Positions 35,440 to 47,225 of a stretch of DNA of 64,000 nt are shown here, piece by piece. The position numbers were made by a program, and so were the translations under genes. The stretch lies in the NCBI GenBank assembly GCA_964252035.1, contig OZ176208.1. One strand, 5' to 3'. The DNA is from Podarcis erhardii. Taxonomy: Eukaryota. Under the pieces are notes generated by a model that saw only the letters and a list, made by a program, of their open reading frames with translations, made no database searches and was not told the origin of the DNA. Numbering within the stretch: the stretch's first letter is position 1; the number at the start of each line of letters is the position of its first letter.

Positions 35440-37355
35440 GATTTGCACATGTTTACCTTTCTGACTAAAACTTGTACAGTACTTGACAAGTCGTTGAAAT
35501 AGCAAAAAGAAATGAGGCCTGTTCCAAACAAAGCTGCCCTGGGGCATTTGCTGCCTGAGGCAAAACCACAAAAGACACCATTACCCTGGCGCCATCAAGT
35601 TATATAGTGCCCAAGACTGACCAAGTAATTTTGCCACCTGAGGCAGAAACTCTGGCAAGCATCCTTTCCTGAGGTAAAAAGACAATAACAATGTATTCAA
35701 TAACAATTTGTGTATTTTCATTACACCTAAAATCAGTTGCCTGAAGCAGGCACTCCACTCTGCCTAATAGTAGGGCTGACTCTGTGGGTTCACTATGATG
35801 GTGTGCCCTGAGGTGTCCAACTGGGCAGTATAATTTTAAAACTGCATCTCACTTGCAGTGTGGGTTTTACAGTCCACTTTTGTTACCTCAGGATTTTACC
35901 AGTTCGTTTCCATCTCATTCTGCTGCATGTGAAGATCAAGTTTTAAATGTATAGAAGCGTTTCCTGCATGTGAAAATCTGGAACGGTCAATGAGTAAAGG
36001 AATATACGGTGTCATTACACGTTTTCCATACCTCGGTCATGCCCATGTGTGCTAGCCAGAAGTGTTTGCAGAGCAGAGGATTAAACTGTGCACGGAGCAG
36101 AAACAGAAATAGAAAGAATGTTTCGAAAGAGAGGCTGAGCAACGAAGGTCATCTTGACTCTTGCACCTAAATTTGGAGTCCAGTGCCGGAACTCTAGAGG
36201 TCAGACATCTGAAGAACACATTTGTTCTCTCTGTTATCTGAGATTTTCATAGATAAAGATACCCAGTGCATACCTCTGAAGAGCCAAGTTCATTCTTAAC
36301 GCACAGCGTTTGGGAGGTTTACCCTTCACCCTCAGTCCTGCTGAGAGACAATCATAGGGAAGGAAATAGCAGTACAGTAGCTGGGGGGAAGGGGGACCTG
36401 CATTACATTACTTACTTGAGAATTCAAAAGAAAAGCCTATTTAAGTTTGCAATAAATAAATGAGCTTCAAAATATTGGCGGTTTCATCAATATCCATGCA
36501 GTGTTTTAAAGTCAACTACTGTCAAAACAAAGGACAGGCAGAACACCAGTTTGTTTGTGTGTTTTTGTTTTGTTTTTCTAGTATCTGCTGTTTTTGGTAC
36601 TAAGTACAGTAAATGCATTGTTTTGGTTGTTAAAAAAAATAGAATCTCAAAATACAGTAAATATCCTTCCCCATTCCCACATGAATACCAAAGCAAACTA
36701 GAAATTGATTTTTTTAAGGGGCTAGAACATAAGGCCAAATGCCCATCTAGTCCAGCATCTTGTTCTCACAGTGACCAACCATAAACAGCACTTGAGTGCA
36801 TTTGTGATTCACAGTAACTGACAACTAAAAGGCTGCAATCCTGTACAAGTGAGTTCCATTGAACTCCGTGGGATTGTTGGCAGCTGTAGGATCAGACTGC
36901 ACATCATTTGGAGTTGTTACTTTTATGATTAGGCTTAAGATAGTTCCTTACTGAACTTGATTCCATTATGTAGGAAAATGCAGTATTCCCCCACCCCCCT
37001 GAAGCTAAATGCAAAGGCTGTGTAGTTAAGGGGATGCTGTGCCATTTATCTCAAGTCATGTTCCTACACATCACATCTTTCATAACAAACGGTGTGCCTT
37101 AGTTTGACATTTAGCAGGTGGGTGAGAATAAAAATGGAAATGAATGAAAGTAGCAAATAACCATGTTACTGGCTTCATTGGGGCAGAGGTGGAGTGATGG
37201 TGAACCTCATCTCAGAGAAAACAGTAGGGTCCCAAAACTGTACAGTGCCTTATTATTTCAAATACAGGATTAAGAGCTATGCCACACATCACCATTTCCC
37301 TCACTGGTACCTCTGCTATATACAAAATCCATGTATACTGGGAGGGGTAGCTAGA

Positions 37356-37705
37356 TTTCATGGACTGGCTGCACACAGAGGAGCGGTGGGAGACATCAGC
37401 TGGGGAACCCCCAAAGGAAAAAGGCTCAGAGCCAGGGGATTGGTGGTGGGACAACGATGCATGGTCCGAGGGAGAAGAAAGAGCAGACTGGGAGGAGGTG
37501 GTGTTGGAAGCTGAAGAGGCAACAGGGTTTAGTGAGCAAGAAGAGGTTGTGACAGAGGGCAGTCCAGGCTCAGAGACAGAAGAGGTGTGGGGGCTAAGAG
37601 GCAGGCTGCCCTCCTTCTGTGACCAGCTCCCCTCCTCCCTGGTCTCCCAGAACACGCAAAGAAATGAAGAGGGTGGAGCAACAAGATACAAGGCCACAAT
37701 TTAAG
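37356..37705 (+). mobile_element. LTR-like lacertid repeat fragment containing an acidic Trp/Glu-rich ORF
   Basis: Purine-rich block starting ttcatggactggctg, resembling a solo-LTR-like repeat recalled from lacertid genomes. Truncated at right by CR1. Family assignment not verified. Confidence 0.45.
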
Positions 37706-38112
37706 AAGCATGTTGACAAGCTGGAAACCAAGCCTTATGGATGAGGGAGTCGGGTATGTTTACTCTGGAAAAGAGAAGACTGGGAGCCTTCTTCAAGTAT
37801 CTAAAGGGCTGTCACATGGAAAATGGAGCAAGCTTGTTTTTTCCTTCTCCTGAGGTAGGACCAAACCAATGGCTTCAAGTTATAAGAAAGGAGGTTCCAA
37901 CTAAACATCAAGAAGAGCTTTCTGACAGTAAGAGCTGCTCAGCAGTGGGATGGACTCCCTAGGGAGGTTATGGACTCTCCTTCCTTGGAGGTTTTTAAGC
38001 AGAGGTTGGATGACCATCTGTCGTGGATGCTTTAGTTGAGATTCCTGCATTGCAGGAGGTTGGACTAGATAGCCCTTGAGATCCCTTCCAACTGTATAGT
38101 TTTATGTTCTAA
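37706..38112 (+). mobile_element. CR1 LINE 3' end, degraded
   Basis: GMFTLEKRRL..FKYLKGCH RT C-terminus followed by ..ggttggactagat..cccttccaact..tagttttatgttcta 3' UTR. Confidence 0.85.
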
Positions 38113-41100
38113 GGGAATGTTGTGCTTGGGCTGAAGAAGGTTCCCCACACCTACCTACATGGAAGAAGCTTCTGTTTAGGAAATGGCCATGTGTGAAGCA
38201 ACCCTAACTAGGCCTCATTTATAAGAGTGATCTCCCTTGCCCAGGAGGAAGAGCTTAGTGAACTTATAATACCTCAATTATCAATGAACATTTACACTAA
38301 TTCATATGCTGCTTCCCAAATTAAAACCTACAATCCCTCTGCTTCATGCATCTGGTTGTGTGATGAATTCATGCAGTTGGAAACATAAAATTAAGGCTTC
38401 AGCTGTGGAAGGCAAACTGAGAATTTCACTGACTGAAGTTTCATTCAGAGAATTTCCACATATCAATGCTGTTGGGTAACAGATACAAAGGAAAAGAAAA
38501 ACCTTCCCTCTCTAGTTGTCAAAATTATGACTTAAAAGATGGCAAGTGTGTGTGTGCACCATCCAATTAAATTCCTCAGTCTTGCCACTAGCAGGGCAAC
38601 CAATTCTCCTTCATTGTGCTTATAGCACTGAGATTCCCAACAGCTAGTTGAGTCCTATTCTGCACCTTTCTATTGCAACAAATAATATGTGCAGCCTTCC
38701 CCCTTTCGTTTTCTGCATACTTCATCTTTCTCTAGGAGGAAGATAGGAGGAGGTGACGCAAACAGCAACTGTCTCTTCTGGTTGAAGCCTGTGAGATTAA
38801 TTGGCTATCCTACAGCCTATCACCTGTTCTCTAGCAGGAGAAGGACAGCAAACTGATCTGTTAGCGTTTGACCCCCTTCCAGTCAGCCTTGAAACCAGGT
38901 CACAACATTGTAAAGCATTGGCAACATGGATGGACAATTTCATGGCACACAGCAACAGTAAAACAAATGATGGTGCTATTTCATCTGTCAACTGCTTTTG
39001 ACATAATGGAGTACGAGTGACTCCCCAAGCTGAAATAATGATTCTTTCCCCAGCATTTCTTAAAAAGAGGCATGACAGCCAGTTCCTCCTCCTCCTCCTC
39101 CTCTAAACTGCTGGCATTTACATTTCTGCGGGCAAATCCTTCACCATTGTTTCTTCACAACTTTGTAGAACGATCAGGGAGCATCGTGACATAGCACAAG
39201 TTACACTGCCTGCAGACAATGGTTTGAGAGACTGAGCATAAGCAGGCTGGTTCCACAGCTATTTCACCAGGCGCAAGAAATTGGCGACCAAAACTAATCC
39301 TAACACCTGCTCCATGCGGGTGGAACAGATGTTTCGTGCACAGGTGTGGGGCTCCACATCCATGGAACCCCCAGCTGGGAGAGCCAAATAAACTGTGGCA
39401 AAGTGAACACTATTGCTGTAGCCAGGATAAAACCTCAAAACAGGGTGTTACGAGGCAGGGCAGGGTTGCATCAACTGGATTCTAAGCTGACCTGTCCCCT
39501 ATTAAGGGTCCCAGTTTTTGCCCCTCAACTGGCACAACAAAAAACCTAAACACACATACGCACACCCCTTATGCTGGTGCAAGTAGCAAGACTTTGGATG
39601 CAGTGGTGGATCTGCTACTTCCCAGCCAGAGTTTGTATTGTTGTGCCCAAAGAATAAAGAACTGACAGATTTACTGATGGAAGCTCTTTGGCAAGGGTGA
39701 AGAACCTTAAGGCCAGGACCCAAATGTAGCCTTCCAAGCATCTCTGACTAGCTCTCAGGACTCTCCCCTTGCCACACTCCTCTGCCTCACCCCTCACCAG
39801 CTTTGCTTCACATCCTCTTGAGTGTTTTTACCTAGCTAGAATGTGTCCTTGAACTCTGATAATTCCTTTGGCTTGTCTGGATGGAGGATCAGAGGTGTCT
39901 TGCTGTACCCACTTTTTCCTCTGGTTCTGTATTCCAGTGGCTTGTGGTCACCCGGGAGGTTGCCCAGAAGAAAATATGACCACTAGGCTTGAAGAGCCTG
40001 ATTCCCATTCCTGCAAGCACCTTCCTCTTGTCCTTCCATACTTTCATCTTCCTTTTTACCTCTTCCACCCTCCTCGGTTCCTTTATAATTATTTTTAATT
40101 GACAGTGTCCACAGGAATCCTGAGCCAGATCCTTGCTGAGGGTTTCAAAAGCAGAGTTGCGTCTCAGAGCAGACCACCTGCCTTTCAAGGTGGCGCCTTT
40201 TGCTTTTCTTTTTTGTCTCCTGGTCAAGTTCTCTTGAAGTTCAACCTTTGACATCTCTTTGAAGTGAAGGACAGCGAATACTTCAAAAGGAAACGGTCAC
40301 TTCACCTGCACTCAAAACCAAAGCATTTTTCAGCCACAGAGAGCAGTCCAAGAACTGCAGCAGGAGTGAAAAAGTGGTTCTTTCCTTGAATGAAGAAGAG
40401 GACTTCAAAACACTGAGGGGGAAACAGTTGAGGGGAGGGAATCAAATTCTGATGGGATCCAAGATGAATTATGCACGATAGCTATAATTTAAACAAATTT
40501 CATTCCTATCTATTGAATGAGTTGTGGGGGTGACAAAAGAGATTTGCTCATGTTTCCTTTTATTATTTGTACAATGCATCAATCTACCTTGTACTTTGCC
40601 AGTGGCAGACTTTGGGCTTTCACATTTCAGCACCACCCTGTGCAATGCTAAATTCCACCCCTGCCCCTTGCTTCTCTCACTCTGTTCTACATTGTTGTGA
40701 TGCCCCATGTAGCATGGTGCCCAGTGTGGCCAAACCGGTCGCGCTACCCTAAAACTGCCTTTGACTTTACAGGACATCCTTTACTGAACTTATTAATACA
40801 AGCGAGAGAGAGATTCTTGGCTATTATTAGTAACAAGAATGAAATCCAAATTGAGTACTGGGCCTGGAAATCAGCAAATAAGTTTAGTAAATAAATACAT
40901 TTTAGTTGTGAGAGGCCTATGACACTGAATGAATGAATGGAGTTTTAAACAGAAGTTATGTATGGTTAGTGTAACTCTGTAAAACAATGAATCCTCATGG
41001 TTGCCCGTTTCTGTTATGAAAGCATTTCTTCTTTTAGAGTTTCCAAGTTCTCAAAGTTTTCATTTTTACCAAAAGATGCAGGATGTTTTTTAAAAACAAA

Positions 41101-41349
41101 CAAACAGTAAATATTTTTGTCACTGCATACTTACAGTACAAGCAAACAAATAGGTGCTGTAGTTCTTTGATTTACCTGAGTCATTCTTTTAACACTGGGT
41201 AATATGTGAAGTTAGTAATGATGCATGGTACTGTTGTTCTTGCAAAATAATGTGTAAGACTTGTATAGCCTAACCTTACATTTTAAATGCTAAATAGATG
41301 AATAATAAGCAACCTTGTGGTGCTTTGTTTTGTTTTCTTCTATTTGCAG

Positions 41350-41589
41350 CGGAAAGTTGCAAGGAATCTCAAATAATAAAGATCAAAGAAGAGCCCATGG
41401 AAGTTGATATTCATGATTCCCAAGCCTCAGTTTCACCTAGCCAAAACATCAGTTATAGCACTTTACTCAGGCAAGAGATAACTGAACACATACAAAAGAT
41501 ACCAGAAGGCCGAGTGCTCCCTGAGAGAAACCTCTTCAGCCAAGATATATCAGTGAAGATGGCTTCAGAGCTACTTTTTCAGTTGTCAG
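41350..41589 (+). CDS. ZNF827: ZNF827 exon 6, third repeat exon
   Basis: Acceptor TTTGCAG|. Encodes (A)ESCKESQIIKIKEEPMEVD...PERNLFSQDISVKMASELLFQLS. Donor TCAG|GTAAAT. 240 nt, symmetric phase 1-1. Confidence 0.96.
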
Positions 41590-42334
41590 GTAAATAAAGT
41601 AGTTGGATACCTACAGTCTACTTTCCTCGTTTTTGTTAAATTCTGAATTTGAATGTGTTGAACTGAGGCTGAAGTCCTTACTAGGACCTTAAGGCTACAA
41701 TTCTGTACACCATGGGCAGCCAATATGGTGACCACCGGATATTGTTGGTCTTCTACTGCCAACTGCTGCAGCCGGCATGACCAATGGAAACATGGAGGGT
41801 GCCATATTGCCTACCCCAGTTATACGCAATTACCTAAGAACTTAGTCCCATTGAATTCATTGGGCATAATTCTGAGTAGATGTGTGTAAGATGGTACTAT
41901 AAGTCCTTTTAAATGCAGTGTGGCTTTTTTATGAGTAAATGTGCTTCTGATAAAGCTTTCATATCTAGAAAAATAGCTTTGTAAGTACTGCAGTAGCAAA
42001 AAGTAAAAAATACTGTTGCAGATTAACTGGAGACTTACCGTGCAATCCTAAAAGCATCCTGGAAAAAAAGTCCTACAAGCAACTCCCCATTTACTCAGGG
42101 GTTATGTTCCAAGGCACTGTTCACATCAGTGAAATTGCTTATATTTGAAACACTATTTAAAAGGTCTGCAAACACCCTGCCCGTCCCCCATTTTGTGACA
42201 TTTTTATGATGATTTTGGTTCACTTCTCGATTCGGCACGATGTGCATATGTGCGGTCACACACATATTGAAGTTGCTTAAATGGGGGTTGCCTTTATTGT
42301 ATTTAGGCTGTAAATTTGTTTTGCTTTTTAATTT

Positions 42335-42560
42335 TAGTTTATTTATTATTACATTTATATCCCACCTTTCCTCCAAGAAGCTCAAGGTGGCATACATGAT
42401 TCTCATGCTCCCCATTTTATCCTCACAATAACCCTATGAGGTAGTTTAGGCCAAGAGATGGTGACTGCCCAAGGTCACCCAGTGAGCTTCATGGCCCAGT
42501 GTGGATTTCAGCTCTCAGGTTCTAGGTCTAACACTCTAACCACTAAACCATATAGGCTCA
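42335..42560 (-). mobile_element. MIR-like tRNA/CORE SINE with L2-type tail
   Basis: tttatatcccacctttcctccaag..atcctcacaataaccctatgaggtag..tgcccaaggtcacccagtgagcttcatggc..aacactctaaccacta. Confidence 0.75.
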
Positions 42561-43387
42561 CTGCATTACAGATAAACACAATTTTACTGCCAGTATCTGT
42601 GTGGTGCCACTTCTTTTCATGCGCCATTGTTCCTGTTCTTAAAGGTTCAGCAGCATATCCTGTGGTCCTTTCTGCCCTGTTGAACCTGTGGCACTCAGTG
42701 GAAAACCATGGGCACAGAACTTCTTTCCTTTTGAACAATAAAGTTATGAGTCACAGCAAGATTGCAACGTTTGAACTGGATGTGGAGAGTTTAAATTTGT
42801 GTTCTAGGAAGATTACGAAATAGTTTCTGCCATCAGTTGAATATGCTTAATGACAAACTAGAAGGGAGTTCCATTCCAAAAAAGCAGTTAATTACCTGGG
42901 CAAAAACCTATTCCTACATTGCCTAGAGGAAAAATTAAGCATGCATGACTTTTGATTTTTCTTTCCCCACCTCTGTATGTGTGACATGAGACATATATCT
43001 TACTTACAATGGGTGCCATAAGCCACAGATAACTTCTTCTTTCCAGGTCTCTAAATAATACAGGAATAGTTTTCCTTGCAGTCATTTGTTCTAACACCAA
43101 GGCACCTTGTTTTCCTTTTGCCAATTTCTTTGTTTCCCATAGTATTCAAGCAAATTTATAATATCAAAGGAAAGCACATAAATTGAATAGGGGAATTTTT
43201 CAGCAAGGGAACACTGATGCATGTTTTACAATGTAAATGAGAGGTTGGAGAGGAGATTTGGATAATAAGTTGATAAATCCATACAAATAAGATTTTCCTC
43301 AGCTGAAAATGGCCAGAACTAGAACTTTTAAAGGAAATATTTTTGTTCGTTTTGACTAATTAAAAATAATAATTTATATCTCTGCAG

Positions 43388-43445
43388 AAAAAGTGAGCAA
43401 AGAGCACAATCACTCTAAGGATAACACCATCACAGCTACAACTAG
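43388..43445 (+). CDS. ZNF827: ZNF827 exon 7 (58 nt)
   Basis: Acceptor TCTGCAG|. Encodes (E)KVSKEHNHSKDNTITATT(S), like the recalled human EKVSKEHNHTKENTIRTTTS. Donor TAG|GTAAGC, phase 1 to 2. Not in the ORF track. Confidence 0.92.
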
Positions 43446-43735
43446 GTAAGCAGCATACTTGTTAGAGCATGAAAAGTTGATGTATAAGGGCTTTTATGCA
43501 TGCAGAGAAAAAGGTCCAAGGGTTTAGTTAATTTAGCTGGTTAATTTTGGGTGTGTTTGTCCTGCACCTGCACGTGTACATGCACCTAGTTAAACATGAG
43601 AGTGTGTCAGCAAGCATGTGAGAGTGACTCAGCACAAGTATAAATACACTTATGGTTGAAGCAAGTTTACTCTTGGCCAAAGTCTATTCTGTTTGGAGCA
43701 CTGCAAGGTGACTGTATGCTGTTGGAAGGACGGTA

Positions 43736-43981
43736 CAGTGGTACCTCTGGATACGAGCGGGATCCGTTCCGGAGCCTCGTTCGCATCTTGAAGTAAACGC
43801 AACCAGCGTCTGCGCGGGTTGCGATTTGCCGCTTCCGCGCATGCGCGTGACGTCATTTTGACCGTCTGCACATGCGTAAGCGGCAAAACCCAGAAGTAAT
43901 GCATTCTGTTACTTCCTGGTCGCCATGGAGCACAACCTGAAAGCGCTCAACCTGAAGCAACTTCAACCCAAGGTATGACTG
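43736..43981. mobile_element. CpG-rich Tc1/mariner (Tigger-like) MITE
   Basis: TA|CAGTGGTACCTC ... AAGGTATGACTG|TA ends and many intact CpGs. Confidence 0.75.
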
Positions 43982-45604
43982 TACAGTATATTACAATGGA
44001 ATGTAACTTAAAAGCTGTGGAACTGCGTTACTCTGTCAGTAAAGGAACTGCCCCTACCTAGAACTATCTGGTGTTTTTCTGTTCCATTGGCCCACTTCAC
44101 TGGTGTGTTGAATGGGCACTCTGCAAAGGCCATACAGATAAAGCATCCTGTAACATGGCAGGTACTTGGCATTGGTGTAGTGGGAATGTTATTTCAGATT
44201 TTGAAATGCTGCAGTGTATCAGATGGAGAATCGTACATGGTGTTATCAAACCAAAGTTATGCCCTTTTAAATCTCATTGATCTCATGAGCTCATACCTAA
44301 ATATTTCCCACAAAAATCAGGGGAATTTTTTTTTTTTTAATGCTTAAGTTTGGCATGATCATGCCCATGCTATCTATGTGATAAGCTGATATATTTCTGT
44401 TTGACATGTGATTAAAAATTAATTCAATCAATAAGCTCATAGTATTAGGGCAGCTAAGGCAATAAATCAGCAGCAGCAGCGTTGATACATTTCTGATGTG
44501 CTTATAAATCATAGGATTGTTAACTACAGTAGGAAGGAAAAAAAATATGTTCTCTGTACCTACTTCCTGTAATAGAGACTCACATTGGATATGAAACCTC
44601 ACTCTCTCGGTCCCTCTTCACCTCTGGCCTCTGTCATGCTTGATTATTGCAGAGTTGTTCCAAAGTGCAGTGATTTCTCTCGTCTCTAGTCTTTCCTTGA
44701 GATCTCACTTCAGTTCATTGGTGCCTCTTCTAGATTCAGCAAAACATGGAAAAGGAAAAAGCAGCGGCCCATGCCATTGCCTCTGCTTATTCTTATTTAG
44801 CAGAACAAGGCAGGACTGTAGTTTCCCAGGTGTCCTGGCAAGTCTAGTCAACCAAGGCTGTGTCCCCTCTAGGTCATGTGGGTGGTTGTGTCTGTTGGGC
44901 CTTTGTGGGAATACACATGAGCACCTTAGATTTTTTGCCTCCAAAATATATCCCGATGTTTCCTATCTGCACTAGCAGGCAGAGCTTGATGAGATGTTTC
45001 TTGCTGTGTGTTATTTTCTCCACCCCTCAATTAGTGCTTCTGTACCCACCATAAATTCTGGAAACCTGGAGTCTGTTGTGAGCAGGTATTTGTTTACTTG
45101 TGTGTATCTGTGTGCAGATACACCAGATTTGCACAAAAAAGCAGTTTTTAAAAAGTGTGTGAGGGTGTCTGTCTGTCCAAGTCAAGTCAGGATTTGGATC
45201 CCTTTCATGAAAGGCTACCACTTGCTTTCCTCCTGCTTTCCACCTCATCTATCTGCAAGGACAATTTTTATTTTTAATAGAGCTGTTTCGTGCAAGAGCA
45301 GTTCTGCACAAAAGGCAGGCTGCGTCCTTTCCTGTGGGCTGATAGAAACAAAGTGGAAGTGGAAGGCTGGCAGATGACAACACCCAAAGAAACCTCAGCA
45401 CATGTGTAAACAAACAGGCGAACAGTGCGCCTCAGAGCACCCATGCTCAAGTAACATGCAATATTATATGGGATTTGATTGTCCTTAAAAGTAGCATGCA
45501 GGTAGACCCCCAATCATGAGCAGAAATCCATCTGTTGAACACCCCAAACACTTGGGTACAGTATACCAAAGAGAATTATCCATTCTTTCTGAACCATTTA
45601 TCTA

Positions 45605-45848
45605 TTCCTTTATTTTTATTTAATTTTTAAATTACATTTATATCTCACCTTTCCTCCAAAGAGCATAAAGTTGTGTACGTGATCCTTCTCCTCCCTATCA
45701 AATCCTCACAATAACCCTGTGAGGTAGGTTAGGCTGAGAGACTGTGGTTGTCCCAAGGTAACCCAGTGAGCTTTATGACTGAGTGGGGGGTTTGATTCCT
45801 GGTTTCATAGGTCCTAGTCCAACACTCTAACCACTACACCACTATCTC
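45605..45848 (-). mobile_element. MIR-like tRNA/CORE SINE, same family as 42335-42560
   Basis: Shares atcctcacaataaccctgtgaggtag, cccaaggtaacccagtgagc and aacactctaaccactacacc motifs. Confidence 0.75.
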
Positions 45849-47121
45849 TTCCATTGTGAAATCCTGTCCATCATTTTAGTCCATCATTCCAGGTATAGCT
45901 CGGGTCAATTTATCCACACAAAAACTTTTGCATGCAGGAGCCAAGTTTTACTTGTTGGGTTGAACATGAACTGATTTTCCCTCCGTCAGTAAATAAGTTG
46001 TGTAAAAAGGCACACGGCTTCTCAGTTTGTAGTCCTAGAGCTCCGAGGTCTTCCTGTCACAACCTAAACCACTTCCTTGCATAGGAAACAGAATATATTG
46101 GCTCAGCCAGAGATGAGGGGAATAACTGTAAGGAGAATGCTTAGCTTCATTTAGGCTCCTCCAGTGATACAGACATTTTCCTGAGAAAATCAGTCTCCCA
46201 CTAAGGGCCACTCAGGACAGAAGCACCGTCCTCCCTATAGAAGAATATTCAGACAGGATGTGTCAGTCTTCATACTGACATTTACTGTATCCACACCAGC
46301 TGGATTAACTTGGCTTGGACATGTTGCTGGAACATATGTCTGAACTGTGAGCTCTTTGCAATGTGGCACTCCATAAAACCTGATATACTGTGCCATGTCC
46401 TGAAATTCCTTTGCACAAACATCACTGGGCTTCAGGAACATGCATGTCTCCTTAAAATGTCTCTGCTAATGCTGCTTTTCTAATGCGAACCATAGCCAGC
46501 GAAAGATGGTGGTTCTTCATTAAGGAATAGCTGGGAAAACATAGAGGCCATGCATCAAAATTACATTATTGGCATTGAGGGCTTTTGATTTTTAAATTCA
46601 GGGGAGGCCCATGTGGTGGTTGTGGGCCACCCACCTGCCCCTGGGGTCACTGCATCTTACCTGGATGGTGATGGGATGGCAGCAAGGTCGGGGTTGGGCA
46701 GATGCAGTGGTATGGTCAATCTAGCACTTCCATTGGTGCCCCCCCCCAGCCTACATTGCCCTGCACCAACCAGCAAGCAGAAGTGATTCCAATATCAGGA
46801 GAGCAGCTCTGTCTCACCTCAAAAGCCACTACCATTTGTCTCTTTCTCCAAAGTATTTCTACAAAAAGTTCCAGTTTTTTCGGTTTTGATACATGGTATG
46901 CTGCGTAGATAACAATACAGAATTCAGTAGGGAGTGATGATCAAGTCATTTTGTAAAACAACTGAATTTTTTTTCCAAAGGTTAGTCTTTATTTGAGTTT
47001 CAAAAGCAATTTTCATTGTGACATTGTAATCAGAACGTATTTAATTGTGCATTACTGTGATTTTTTTTCTCTGATTAGTATTATGTCAGCTTAAAAGAAA
47101 ACAAATCGTTCTTTTCCTTAG

Positions 47122-47225
47122 CCCTTTTTTCCCTGAAGATACATTTAGACAATCGCCATTCACTTCCAACTCAAAAGATCTCCTGTCTAATGAGACTGCT
47201 GTTCATGGAAGGACAACAGTACCAG
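47122..47225 (+). CDS. ZNF827: ZNF827 exon 8 (104 nt)
   Basis: Acceptor CTTTTCCTTAG|. Encodes (S)PFFPEDTFRQSPFTSNSKDLLSNETAVHGRTTVP, like human PFFSEDTFRQSPFTSNSKELL. Donor CCAG|GTATGG, phase 2 to 1. Not in the ORF track. Confidence 0.92.

Noticed and set aside
35245-35571. ORFs spanning the N run
   Set aside because: Artefacts of the assembly gap.
35918-35938. 18/20-nt match to exon 2 (tctgctgcatgtgaagatca versus tcttctgcatgtgaagatga)
   Set aside because: Isolated, with no flanking similarity; expected by chance in a comparison of this size.
39889-40254. 121-aa Lys/Arg-rich minus-strand ORF
   Set aside because: Derives from pyrimidine-rich + strand sequence; no recognisable domain or splice structure.
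40235-40300. ttcaacctttgacatctctttgaag resembling FSQDISVK
   Set aside because: Short 9-nt core with no support on either side.
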